DNA of 32,000 nucleotides, taken from Zymomonas mobilis subsp. mobilis ATCC 10988 (GTDB lineage Bacteria > Pseudomonadota > Alphaproteobacteria > Sphingomonadales > Sphingomonadaceae). The notes beneath the pieces are model-generated. The model was not told the origin of the DNA. It searched no databases and saw nothing but the letters and a program-made list of their open reading frames with translations. The stretch's first letter is position 1. Every line of letters begins with the position of its first letter. The DNA is taken from positions 780,001-812,000 of the forward strand of contig NC_017262.1 in the NCBI RefSeq assembly GCF_000175255.2, written 5' to 3'. Shown piece after piece: positions 18,374 through 27,618 of this stretch. The translations under genes and the position numbers were made by a program.

Positions 18374-19303
18374 ATGACGGATAAACCCGCGATTCTATTA
18401 CGCACCCCGCTTTTTTACGGGGCAAGAGACAAGCTCGATTCTCTCTTTACGGTTTACGATTACGGCACAAAAATAACCGCCGAGATAGCCTCTCAAATCA
18501 AGGCCGTCATCGGCGATGGTCAAGCCCGTTTCGGGGCAGATGATATGGATCAATTTCCGAACCTCCAGATCATTGCCCAATATGCCGTTGGTTTTGATGG
18601 CATTGACTTACAGGCCGCCAAAAAACGGAATATCAGGGTTTCTAACACTCCGGGTGTTTTGACCGAAGATGTCGCTGATATGGCTGTCGGGTTATTCCTT
18701 ACCTTAAAAAGGGACATCATCCGAAATGACAAGCTGGTTCGTGACGGCGGCTGGATTAAAAAAGAAGAAATCCCGTTGTCCCACAGTGCCAGCAATCTTG
18801 ATGTCGGGGTCTTTGGTTTAGGACGAATTGGCCAAGCTATCGCCGAAAGACTGGCACCCATGTCCAAATCTGTCAGCTATTGCAGCCGTCATCCCAAGGA
18901 AGTCTCTTGGAATTATTACAACAATATCCTTGATCTTGCGAAAGCCGTTGACGTGCTGGTGTTGGCAGCCCCAGGCACAGCCGAGACCAAAGGCCTCGTC
19001 AATAAAGAGGTTCTGGAAGCCTTGGGTCAAAAAGCTGTTCTTATCAATATTGCCCGTGGCAGCATTGTTGATGAAGATGCCTTGATAGAGGCGCTTGAAA
19101 AAGGCGTCATCGCAGGTGCCGGATTGGATGTTTTTGCTAATGAACCCAATGTGCCAGCGGCCTTACAGCAATCTCAGAAAGTCGTTTTACAGCCCCATTT
19201 AGGCAGCGCCACTGTCGAGACACGGACAACAATGGCGCATTTGGTGATCGACAATCTTCAGGCCTTTTTTGCTGGAAAACCGCTTCTTACGCCGGTGGTC
19301 TGA
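18374..19303 (+). CDS. D-isomer-specific 2-hydroxyacid dehydrogenase (glyoxylate/hydroxypyruvate reductase-like)
   Basis: VGVFGLGRIGQAIAERL NAD-binding motif, INIARGSIVDEDALIEAL, AGAGLDVFANEPNVP, LQPHLGSAT. Start at Met 18374 with upstream AGGAG. Confidence 0.95.
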   Translation: MTDKPAILLRTPLFYGARDKLDSLFTVYDYGTKITAEIASQIKAVIGDGQARFGADDMDQFPNLQIIAQYAVGFDGIDLQAAKKRNIRVSNTPGVLTEDVADMAVGLFLTLKRDIIRNDKLVRDGGWIKKEEIPLSHSASNLDVGVFGLGRIGQAIAERLAPMSKSVSYCSRHPKEVSWNYYNNILDLAKAVDVLVLAAPGTAETKGLVNKEVLEALGQKAVLINIARGSIVDEDALIEALEKGVIAGAGLDVFANEPNVPAALQQSQKVVLQPHLGSATVETRTTMAHLVIDNLQAFFAGKPLLTPVV

Positions 19304-19327
19304 TTTCATCACAAAATAAAGAATACA

Positions 19328-19372
19328 GGGCAGGCCAGACAAAAAAACAAGGATGGCCTGCCCTTCTTTTTC
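19328..19372 (+). terminator. Rho-independent terminator downstream of the 2-hydroxyacid dehydrogenase
   Basis: Perfect 10-bp stem GGGCAGGCCA (19328-19337)/TGGCCTGCCC (19354-19363) followed by TTCTTTTTC. Confidence 0.9.
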
Positions 19373-19511
19373 AATTTTCAAAAATATTTTATAGTTATTT
19401 CACGTCTATGGATAAAAACAGTTGAAATATATCCATTTTGCGCATCTTCTCTTTTTACCCCATATCGAATAGAGCTTTAATTCTCTTGTGAGAGGATCTT
19501 GAGAAGAAAAA

Positions 19512-19874
19512 ATGCGCTATATTGTCAGAAAAAGAAAAGTACAAAGATCAATACAGCCCGTGGATAGCTATATGACAGAAACTCCGACCGATGATGCGGA
19601 AGGCAATGACAGCTTGACGCCGCAAATCCTGAAAGCTCAAAAACAGGTTGAAGAAGCCAAGCAGCGCTATAAATCTCTGCTAGCGCGTCAGGCCGCCGCC
19701 AAAAAGAAACATGCGGAAGCGCGCCGGAAAATCTTGGGTGATTTACTGATTAAAGCCGCAGAAAAAGACGAACGCTATAATCGGGTTATCAAGGTTTTGA
19801 TGGATAGCCATCCCCAAGTCAAAACAAACAAAGCCTTTGTTGACTGGGAAGTCCCGCATCCCGACCATTCATAA
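19512..19874 (+). CDS. Small charged protein resembling conjugal-transfer TraD / mobilization (MobC-like) proteins
   Basis: 120 aa with LLARQAAAKKKHAEARRKILGDLLIKAAEKDERYNRVIKVLMD, reminiscent of the short Ti/IncQ-type TraD/mobilization family (RK...TRRKI.LGALLL.AAEKD). Family assignment is by motif memory only. Confidence 0.55.
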   Translation: MRYIVRKRKVQRSIQPVDSYMTETPTDDAEGNDSLTPQILKAQKQVEEAKQRYKSLLARQAAAKKKHAEARRKILGDLLIKAAEKDERYNRVIKVLMDSHPQVKTNKAFVDWEVPHPDHS

Positions 19875-19933
19875 ACCACAAGAGCAGTCCGCTATCCCCG
19901 CTCTCTATTGCGGGGATTCGGCACAGATTAAAT

Positions 19934-20578
19934 TTAATGCTTGGAAGATAACCGTAAAGCCAGACGTACAAGACTATCTAATGTTGCTTGATCGCCTAAT
20001 TCTTCCGAAGCCAATTGAACAACGCGTTGCGCTTCAGCCGGTTTAAACCCTAAATTCAAAAGCGCAGACACCGCATCTGCCACGAAATTACCCGCATGAT
20101 GGGCAGAGGCTGCTGGCTGGGAAATATCTTCAACCGCCAAATGATCGCCTTTGGCAGAAGAAAACAAAGCAATAGCCGCCGGTTTCTCTTTCAATTCATT
20201 GATAATACGCTGGGCAATTTTGGGGCCTATCCCATTGGCGCGACAAATCATGGTCTTGTCGCCACTGGAAATCGCTACAGAAATCGCATCGCAGGTCAAC
20301 GCCGTTAAAATAGCCAGAGCTGCTTTGCCTCCCACGCCTTGCACCGACGTTAAAAGCCTGAACCAATCCCGTTCCAAATAAGAAGCAAAACCAAAAAGGG
20401 TAATCGAATCTTCCCGAATTTGGGTTTCGATATGGACGGTAATTTCACCTTCAATTTCGGAGAAATAATCTAAAGCGCGTCCTGATAATTGGACGAGATA
20501 GCCGACGCCATTAACGTCAATGATCGCAGAATCAGAATTTTTTTCTACCAGAAAACCAACCAATCGCGCGATCATCAA
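19934..20578 (-). CDS. ruvA: Holliday junction branch migration protein RuvA
   Basis: MIARLVGFLVEKNSDSAIIDVNGVGYLVQLS, LFGFASYLERDWFRLLTSVQGVGGKAALAIL, GIGPKIAQRIINELKEK. Confidence 0.98.
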   Translation of the reverse strand: MMIARLVGFLVEKNSDSAIIDVNGVGYLVQLSGRALDYFSEIEGEITVHIETQIREDSITLFGFASYLERDWFRLLTSVQGVGGKAALAILTALTCDAISVAISSGDKTMICRANGIGPKIAQRIINELKEKPAAIALFSSAKGDHLAVEDISQPAASAHHAGNFVADAVSALLNLGFKPAEAQRVVQLASEELGDQATLDSLVRLALRLSSKH

Positions 20579-20616
20579 TATCTCTTTCTATTCCGGCATT
20601 TCATTACAGCCGCCCA

Positions 20617-21126
20617 TTATGAAGCCCTTACGCGACGGGCATAACCACGGGCAGAGGCGTGATGATGGGCATGCGTAATAGCCACCGCCAAGGCATCTGC
20701 CGCATCAGGGCCCGCTAACTTCACTCCGGGTAACAAACGGGACACCATTGCTTGCACCTGTTTCTTGTCAGCGCTTCCGGTGCCAACAACGGCCTTTTTA
20801 ACCACATTCGGGTGATATTCCCCGACGGATAGCCCAGCTTCTGCAAGGCTAAACAGGGCAATACCGCGCGCCTGCCCCAATTTCAGGGTTGATTGCGCAT
20901 TGCTATTGCCCAAAACCTCTTCAACCGCCGCCATTTCCGGCTGGTGGCTGGCAATGACGGCGGCTAAGGCATCATGCAATAACGCTAGCCGCCGTGCCAA
21001 AGCCATGGAAGGACCGGTGCGGATTTGTCCATTGGCAATATGACTAAGACGATTACCCTCAACTGTAATCGCTCCCCAGCCGGTTGTTCCCAAACCGGGG
21101 TCAAGTCCCAGAAAAATCATCGGCAC
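20617..21126 (-). CDS. ruvC: Crossover junction endodeoxyribonuclease RuvC
   Basis: [31 protein letters not shown] and [26 protein letters not shown]. Just upstream of ruvA. Confidence 0.98.
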   Translation of the reverse strand: MPMIFLGLDPGLGTTGWGAITVEGNRLSHIANGQIRTGPSMALARRLALLHDALAAVIASHQPEMAAVEEVLGNSNAQSTLKLGQARGIALFSLAEAGLSVGEYHPNVVKKAVVGTGSADKKQVQAMVSRLLPGVKLAGPDAADALAVAITHAHHHASARGYARRVRAS

Positions 21127-21154
21127 CGATCACATCCCTTTTCAGACAGAAAGA

Positions 21155-21904
21155 TTATTCCTGTCCCAGACTTTCCATAACTTCATCATCGATGTCGTAA
21201 TTGGCCCAAACAGTCTGGACGTCGTCATCGTCTTCCAAGGTTTCAATCAAGCGCAGCAAGGTTCCGGCACTTTCCTCATCAACATTGATCAGGGTCTGCG
21301 GACGCCATGCCAATTTCACGCCTTCCGGTTCACCCAGAATAGCTTCCAGCTTTCCGGCGACTTCATGAAGATCAGCCTGAGCGGTCCAGATTTCATGCTC
21401 ATCTTCAGAAGATGTGACATCTTCAGCACCGGCTTCCAAAGCAGCTTCAAAAATTTTGTCGGGATCACCGGCTTCGGCTTTATAGGTAATTAACCCCATA
21501 CGGTCGAAACCATGGGTCACAGAACCACTGGTGCCGAGATTACCGCCATTTTTGGAAAGCGCTGTTCTGACATTGGTGGCCGTGCGATTACGGTTGTCAG
21601 TCAGGGTTTCGATAATCAAAGAAACGCCACTCGGGCCAAAGCCTTCATACCGCAATTCTTCGTAATTATCGCCGTCGCCACCGATAGCCTTCGCAATAGC
21701 GCGTTCGATATTATCTTTCGGCATACCACCGGAACGGGCAGCGGAAACCGCTGCACGCAAGCGCGGATTCGCGTTCGGATCAGGTAAGCCGGACTTGGCG
21801 GCTACCGTGACTTCACGGGATAATTTAGAAAAAAGGGCGGAACGCTTTTTATCCTGCGCTCCTTTGCGATACATAATATTTTTAAATTTTGAATGGCCTG
21901 CCAT
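21155..21904 (-). CDS. yebC: YebC/PmpR family protein (DUF28)
   Basis: [76 protein letters not shown]. Confidence 0.98.
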   Translation of the reverse strand: MAGHSKFKNIMYRKGAQDKKRSALFSKLSREVTVAAKSGLPDPNANPRLRAAVSAARSGGMPKDNIERAIAKAIGGDGDNYEELRYEGFGPSGVSLIIETLTDNRNRTATNVRTALSKNGGNLGTSGSVTHGFDRMGLITYKAEAGDPDKIFEAALEAGAEDVTSSEDEHEIWTAQADLHEVAGKLEAILGEPEGVKLAWRPQTLINVDEESAGTLLRLIETLEDDDDVQTVWANYDIDDEVMESLGQE

Positions 21905-22006
21905 GGTTCCATCTGTCTATACAAGATAACATGAATATCCCCGCATTCGGGGAATAGGGATACTGGCTTTACATCCGACCTAATCAAAAAATTAGACGAA
22001 ATAAAG

Positions 22007-22087
22007 CGGGACATGGGTCAGACCACGCCTGATCCAGCCTTAACGTTAAAGACAATGTCCCGAGCTGACTGACAAATCGACAGTCAG
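22007..22087. ncRNA. Candidate multi-hairpin structured RNA, or 5' leader of yebC if on the minus strand
   Basis: CGGGACAT (22007-22014)/ATGTCCCG (22055-22062) encloses GGGTCAG (22015-22021)/CTGATCC (22029-22035). The neighbouring hairpin is CTGACTG (22065-22071)/CAGTCAG (22081-22087). Strand undetermined. Confidence 0.35.
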
Positions 22088-22358
22088 AAGATTCCGGTCT
22101 CCGTTTTCAAGTCACAGCACTCTTCTTTTTCAGGCCAAAGCCTAAAAACATACCAAGAAGGAAGAAAACCGTAACTTTACGAGCGGGGTAAATAGCAAAA
22201 TATCATTTCTATGGGAAGAACAGCCTATCAATAGCGGATATTGCCTCTTCAACAGGCCGAATGACACCGGATCAAAGCCTGATAGCCTGCCGATAAAAAT
22301 AAAAATTTTATCCAGCAAAGCGTCAAGCAAATCCGCTTTTCAAGGCAGGAAAGAAAGC

Positions 22359-22598
22359 CTAGTTCAAGCCCAAAGCGTTACGATAGGTTTCCAGCAAAGC
22401 ATCCATTTCGTCGCGAGCGTCTTTTTCCATTTTCCGCAAGCGGATAACCGAACGCATGGTTTTGGCATCGAAACCTTGAGACTTGGCTTCTAAATAGACA
22501 TCACGGATATCATCCGCCATCCCTTTTTTTTCTTCTTCGAGTCGTTCAATCCGTTCGATAAACAGACGAAGTTGATCAGCCGCAATATTTTCTGACAT
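22359..22598 (-). CDS. DUF2312 family (GapR-like) small protein
   Basis: 79 aa: AADQLRLFIERIERLEEEKKGMADDIRDVYLEAKSQGFDAKTMRSVIRLRKM, typical of alphaproteobacterial DUF2312/GapR. Confidence 0.93.
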   Translation of the reverse strand: MSENIAADQLRLFIERIERLEEEKKGMADDIRDVYLEAKSQGFDAKTMRSVIRLRKMEKDARDEMDALLETYRNALGLN

Positions 22599-22917
22599 AG
22601 TAAAATTCGGTCCCCATTGAAAAATAACTAAATATATAATTTTTGCCTGTTTTCCAAAGGAAAAGGCATTCCACTATAAGTTTAACCTATCAAGGCTGTA
22701 TGAAAAAACTCACGATACAGCAATCTTCTGCCAAGATACGGGAAAGAGACTGTTTTTTTTATTGAAAATGCAGAAAAATATGATCTCTTTGCGAAGAGAC
22801 GCTTCCCTTTTCCTTCCATTTGTAACAAATTGACAAACGAAGTTGTGCTTGATCATCTGATGATAGAAGCGCAAATGGCATATGTAATTAAATCAGCAAA
22901 GCGGAAGGAATAGAAGC

Positions 22918-24345
22918 TTGACTGAAGGACTTTTCCCACGCGGCCGCAAGGTACGTGTTGTTTCTACGCTGGGTCCTGCCAGCTCGACGGCAGAACAGAT
23001 TCGTGATCGTTTCTTGGCTGGTGCGGATGTATTCCGTATCAACATGAGCCATGGTACCCATGACGAAAAGAAGGTCATCGTTGACAACATTCGTGCGCTT
23101 GAAAAAGAATTCAACCGCCCGACCACGATCCTTTTCGATCTTCAGGGTCCGAAGCTCCGCGTTGGTGACTTCAAAGAAGGCAAGGTTCAGTTGAAAGAAG
23201 GCCAGACCTTCACTTTCGATCAGGACCCAACTCTCGGTGACGAAACCCGCGTCAACCTGCCGCATCCTGAAATCTTCAAGGCTTTAGACAAAGGTCATCG
23301 CCTGCTTTTGGATGATGGTAAGATCGTTGTTCGTTGCGTCGAATCTTCCCCGACCAAAATCGTTACCCGCGTCGAAGTTCCGGGTCCGCTTTCCGACCAT
23401 AAAGGTTTCAACGTTCCTGACGTTGTGATTCCGCTGGCCGCTCTGACCCCGAAAGATCGCAAAGATCTCGACTTTGCTCTTAAGGAAAAAGCTGACTGGG
23501 TTGCTCTTAGCTTTGTGCAGCGCGTCGAAGACGTCATCGAAGCCAAAGAACTCATCAAAGGTCGCGCACCGCTTCTCGTTAAACTCGAAAAGCCAGCTGC
23601 CATTGAAAACCTCGAATCCATCTTGGCTGCAACCGATGCTGTCATGGTTGCTCGTGGTGACCTCGGTGTTGAATGCTTGCCGGAATCCGTTCCCCCGACG
23701 CAGAAGCGTATCGTTGAACGCTCCCGCCAGCTGGGTAAGCCGGTTGTTGTTGCAACCGCTATGCTCGAATCCATGATCAAAGCTCCGGCTCCGACCCGCG
23801 CTGAAGTAAGTGACGTTGCAAACGCCATTTACGAAGGTGCTGATGGTATCATGCTTTCTGCAGAATCCGCCGCCGGTGATTGGCCGCATGAAGCTGTCAA
23901 CATGATGCATCGTATTGCTTCTTATGTTGAAAATGCTCCGGGTTACATCGAACGCGTTCGCTTCACCCCGACTCCGGCAGAACCGACGACGGTTGACGCT
24001 CTGGCTGAAAACGCCAGCAAAACCGCTGAAACGGTTGGCGCAAAAGCGATCATCGTCTTCACCGAAACCGGTAAGACCGCACAGCGCGTTTCCCGCGCCC
24101 GTCCGGTTGCTCCGATCCTGTCTCTGACCCCGGATGCCGAAGTTGCTCGTCGTCTTGGTTTGGTCTGGGGCGCACAGCCGGTTCAGGTTTCCACGGTTAA
24201 GACCCTCGACGAAGCCAAGAAGCTGGCTGCTGAAACCGCTAAAAAATACGGTTTCGCCAAAGCCGGTGACAAGCTGGTTGTTGTTGCAGGTGAACCTTTC
24301 GGTAAAGCTGGAACCACCAACATTGTTGATGTTATCGAAGCCTAA
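22918..24345 (+). CDS. pyk: Pyruvate kinase
   Basis: 475 aa, TTG start with upstream GGAAGGAA. RGRKVRVVSTLGPASS, FRINMSHGTHDE, TTILFDLQGPKLRVG, MVARGDLGVE, KPVVVATAMLESM, ANAIYEGADGIMLSAESAAG. Confidence 0.98.
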   Translation: MTEGLFPRGRKVRVVSTLGPASSTAEQIRDRFLAGADVFRINMSHGTHDEKKVIVDNIRALEKEFNRPTTILFDLQGPKLRVGDFKEGKVQLKEGQTFTFDQDPTLGDETRVNLPHPEIFKALDKGHRLLLDDGKIVVRCVESSPTKIVTRVEVPGPLSDHKGFNVPDVVIPLAALTPKDRKDLDFALKEKADWVALSFVQRVEDVIEAKELIKGRAPLLVKLEKPAAIENLESILAATDAVMVARGDLGVECLPESVPPTQKRIVERSRQLGKPVVVATAMLESMIKAPAPTRAEVSDVANAIYEGADGIMLSAESAAGDWPHEAVNMMHRIASYVENAPGYIERVRFTPTPAEPTTVDALAENASKTAETVGAKAIIVFTETGKTAQRVSRARPVAPILSLTPDAEVARRLGLVWGAQPVQVSTVKTLDEAKKLAAETAKKYGFAKAGDKLVVVAGEPFGKAGTTNIVDVIEA

Positions 24346-24369
24346 TTCGCTTTATAACAACACAGAAAA

Positions 24370-24404
24370 AAGGCCGGGGGGACATTTCTCTCCGGCTTTT
24401 TTTT
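24370..24404 (+). terminator. Rho-independent terminator of pyk
   Basis: GCCGGGGGGacatttCTCTCCGGC (about 9-bp stem with G-U pairs, 24373-24396) followed by TTTTTTTT. Confidence 0.93.
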
Positions 24405-24571
24405 AAGCTCAAGAATAGCCCGATATCTGCTTTTCCCCAAGATAGTCACCCTTGCTAGTCACAAAGAAAGACTGTCATCTCGTTTTCTCATTCGGGACAG
24501 ACTTTCTATCGCAAAATCAACGCGGCTGTCTTTTCCAGCTATCCGGCTATTGATGACCTTATTCCCGCTGC

Positions 24572-25237
24572 GTGCCGCTCAATATTGTGGTCAAGAATGT
24601 GGATAATGAAATGTCTTCTTCAGCCCCCTCGCCCCTAGCCAAAATCGAAAATTTCACGCTTCAAGATGGCGTTCCCCCTGATAATATCCCTTCCGCCCTT
24701 CAACTTTTCTGGCAAGCCTTTGAAAGAAAATTGAAGATACCCTTAGGCCCACCCGAAAAAGGCCAAGAATTTCTTCGTCACAGCATGGGCGATCGATCCA
24801 TCGTCAGCGCGATCCGCAAGGATGGCAAACTACTCGGTGTCGCGACCTATAAAAGCTATCGCCCCAATTCGCTTACTCAAGATTTGAAACATCTTTTTGC
24901 GACTTACGGGAAAGCCAGCGGCCTATTCCGTGGATTATTATTAAGTCAACTAGACCAACAACCTGCCGCGGATGAAATGATGGTAGAAAGCATCTGCGTT
25001 GATGAAAAAGCGCGCAGCCATGGCATTGGCCATGCACTTCTTGGCTATATCAAGGAACAGGCGACCCGACAGGGTATGAAAAGGGTTATCCTCGATGTCA
25101 TTACCAAAAATGAAAGGGCGCATCGCCTTTATAGCCGCCTAGGCTATCGCGATATCAGACATCATTCTGTTGGTCTCTTGTCACCCATTTTCGGTTTTAA
25201 AGAGTCTATCCGCATGGGTCTAAGCCTAACTCAGTAG
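24572..25237 (+). CDS. GNAT family N-acetyltransferase
   Basis: MMVESICVDEKARSHGIGHALLGYIKEQATRQGMKRVILDVITKNERAHRLYSRLGYRD, the GNAT motif A/B pattern. An alternative start is the internal MSSSAPS. Confidence 0.88.
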   Translation: MPLNIVVKNVDNEMSSSAPSPLAKIENFTLQDGVPPDNIPSALQLFWQAFERKLKIPLGPPEKGQEFLRHSMGDRSIVSAIRKDGKLLGVATYKSYRPNSLTQDLKHLFATYGKASGLFRGLLLSQLDQQPAADEMMVESICVDEKARSHGIGHALLGYIKEQATRQGMKRVILDVITKNERAHRLYSRLGYRDIRHHSVGLLSPIFGFKESIRMGLSLTQ

Positions 25238-25316
25238 CGATTCCTCCCGAAAAGAAGGCTTTTCAAGAGGAACGCTTTGTCTTTCTTCTTTTTAAAAAAT
25301 CCGATACGGCGATCTT

Positions 25317-26012
25317 ATGACTGAAAGCTCTATTCACGATCCCCTCACCATTCGTCGCCTCTATGGCAGACAACAAGGCCACAGCCTGCGCCCGAAACAG
25401 GCAGAATTAGTGGAAACGCTGCTGCCCCAGCTTGAAATCACAACGGAACAAGCTGTCTCCGCAACGGATCTTTTCGGCGATGATCGCCCATTGGAATTTG
25501 AAATCGGCTTTGGGAAAGGCGAACATCTTGCCGGACAGGCTATGATGCGCCCCGATCACGGTTTTATCGGATGTGAACCTTTCCTCGATGGCGTTGTCGG
25601 CTTGCTGACTCATATCGACAATAACCAGATAAAAAATATTCGCCTCCATCGGGGCGATGCCTTGGATATTCTCGAACAGCTTCCCGACGGCTGCCTCGAT
25701 CGCGCTTATCTGCTTCATCCCGACCCTTGGCCAAAAGCCCGTCACGCCAAAAGACGTTTCATGAATCACGGGCCTATCGGCCTTATCGCCCGCAAGATGA
25801 AAAAAGGCGGAGAATTTCGCTTTGGCACCGATCATCCGATTTATTGCCACTGGGCGATGATGATTATGGGGCAACGGCCTGACTTTGAATGGCTGGCACA
25901 AACACCGCGTGATTTTTTGCAGCGTCCCGAAGATTGGCCACAGACTCGTTATGAAAAGAAAGCCCGCGAAAAAGGCCATGAAGTATGGTATTTCCGTTAT
26001 CGGAGAGTATGA
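25317..26012 (+). CDS. trmB: tRNA (guanine-N7-)-methyltransferase TrmB
   Basis: LEFEIGFGKGEHLAGQAM, FIGCEPFLDGV, YLLHPDPWPKARHAKRRFM, FRFGTDHPIYCHW. Confidence 0.96.
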   Translation: MTESSIHDPLTIRRLYGRQQGHSLRPKQAELVETLLPQLEITTEQAVSATDLFGDDRPLEFEIGFGKGEHLAGQAMMRPDHGFIGCEPFLDGVVGLLTHIDNNQIKNIRLHRGDALDILEQLPDGCLDRAYLLHPDPWPKARHAKRRFMNHGPIGLIARKMKKGGEFRFGTDHPIYCHWAMMIMGQRPDFEWLAQTPRDFLQRPEDWPQTRYEKKAREKGHEVWYFRYRRV

Positions 26013-26196
26013 CAAACTAATTCCAGAAGAAATTCTTCAAGCTATTGAGTAAAAAGAAGACGCTTTTGAAAGAAGGGCATAACAGCTTGTTTAAGCTCGA
26101 TGTTCTTTCCCTTGTCATCTTTGTATAAATATGCTTGTCACTACAGTATAAAAACAAAATATTGCTTTCTAAGAAGCGGTAAGAGAGGAAAAATAC

Positions 26197-27003
26197 GTGT
26201 TGGAATTCTTGGCCTTGCTGGCTGCCCAGCCTGTTGTGGATGGCAGGATCAGCACACAACAGAAAGTATCGGCGGCAACCCCTATTCTTTCTTCTTCCGC
26301 TTCTACAATATCCGGTGATAACCGCCCGAAACCAATTCTGGATTCCGATAATCCGGATTCTTCTTCTTTTGGCACAGCCACGCCCTCGGCATCAAAAGCA
26401 ACGGCATCAACCCCAAACAGCAGCGGCAGCACATCCAGCCATAAACAACATATGGCCGAGGTTGATTCTACCAAGGGTATCGTCTCTTTCATGGCTGACG
26501 ATCAAGGCATCATTGCCAATTCTCCTTCAGAAGAAGATGTCATGTGCCGCCCCAATGAAAAAGGCCCTGCTTTGGTCGTGCAGGCGGTAGGGCTGAAAGA
26601 TCGGAAGGGCTTGCTGCGTATCGACCTTTATCCACCGAATGAAGATGATTTCATGGCTGATGAAGAAACATTATCGGCTCAAAATAAAATATTCCGGCGG
26701 CAGGAAATGATTATCCCGAAAAGTGGCGCAATCAAAATCTGCATTCGGGTGCCGAAACCGGGCGTTTATGCCGTTATTCTGACCCATGACCGCGATGCCA
26801 ATCATCGGGTAACGGTCTCGGAAGATGGTGTCGGTATTCCGATCAATCCGCCCCATCTGATGCATGAACCACGGGTGCAAGAATCCTTGGTAACGATTGG
26901 TAGTGGCGTGACCACTATTCCGGTGCGCTTCAATTACCGCCGTGGATTGCTCTCTTTTGCCCCTCTCCGGCGGAAAGATACCATTGATTACCAAGGTCTC
27001 TAA
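26197..27003 (+). CDS. DUF2141-like secreted protein with extended low-complexity N-terminal region
   Basis: GTG start with upstream AGAGAGG. C-terminal RKGLLRIDLYPPNEDDFMADE...IKICIRVPKPGVYAVILTHDRDANHR pattern of DUF2141. Ser/Thr/Pro/Ala-rich linker at about residues 25-85. Confidence 0.72.
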   Translation: MLEFLALLAAQPVVDGRISTQQKVSAATPILSSSASTISGDNRPKPILDSDNPDSSSFGTATPSASKATASTPNSSGSTSSHKQHMAEVDSTKGIVSFMADDQGIIANSPSEEDVMCRPNEKGPALVVQAVGLKDRKGLLRIDLYPPNEDDFMADEETLSAQNKIFRRQEMIIPKSGAIKICIRVPKPGVYAVILTHDRDANHRVTVSEDGVGIPINPPHLMHEPRVQESLVTIGSGVTTIPVRFNYRRGLLSFAPLRRKDTIDYQGL

Positions 27004-27060
27004 TCACTCGGAATCTAATTTCTAAGATGATTTTTGCAAAACATTAAATTCTTCTTTTCT

Positions 27061-27096
27061 AAAGATGGCCTGATGATATCTATCAGGCCATCTTTT
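27061..27096. terminator. Bidirectional-type terminator after the DUF2141 gene
   Basis: Perfect 14-bp stem AAAGATGGCCTGAT (27061-27074)/ATCAGGCCATCTTT (27082-27095), 7-nt loop GATATCT, followed by T. Confidence 0.9.
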
Positions 27097-27618
27097 AACC
27101 AAACAGCAATCAGGGAAGATAATCTTCCTTAGCCACAGCTCTGTTGTTTAAAATTTTAACCTCTGCCGAAGATCGCAAAAACGCATTGATCAGCAACAGG
27201 CGCCACAGACCGGCAGCAACGATCTTGCATTATCAAACCGCACCACAGCCCTAAATAGTCCAAAAGATACCCCGCCATGACAATAGGACAGGTATCATCC
27301 TTTTTGGGGATGATTGATTTGTGTAGGCTTTTATCTTTGTTTTAAGAGCTAATTTTATAGATCTTTTGATATGCTTAGAGAGCAAGCCCAAGCTGTAAAA
27401 AGATATAACTAAAATCACGACTGGGACCGGATTATACCGCCTAGGAACGCATTGTTTTTCTCTCAAACCGCCAGCTGCGTAAAAAAACGTTACCTAAGGC
27501 CTAGCTTCCATCAATAACACCGACCGCCCTCAATCAACAGAAAACGAACTTTAAAACATGTCTGATAGAAGGCGCGCTTTTAAAGGCCTACAAAAAATAA
27601 TTTCTAACCCAAAAAGCA

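Noticed and set aside
22142-22330. 62-aa minus-strand ORF downstream of the DUF2312 gene
   Set aside because: Short, no recognizable motif and no clear support as a gene. It was left unannotated, though a small membrane-like protein cannot be fully excluded.
23284-23910. 208-aa and 177-aa minus-strand ORFs antisense to pyk
   Set aside because: They overlap a highly conserved pyk coding sequence. They are shadow ORFs.
25407-26015. 202-aa minus-strand ORF antisense to trmB
   Set aside because: trmB motifs are clear on the plus strand, and the antisense frame has no recognizable features.
27251-27466. 71-aa minus-strand ORF in the 27.1-27.6 kb intergenic region
   Set aside because: No clear ribosome-binding site or recognizable homology. 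It ends in random composition and is more likely non-coding.
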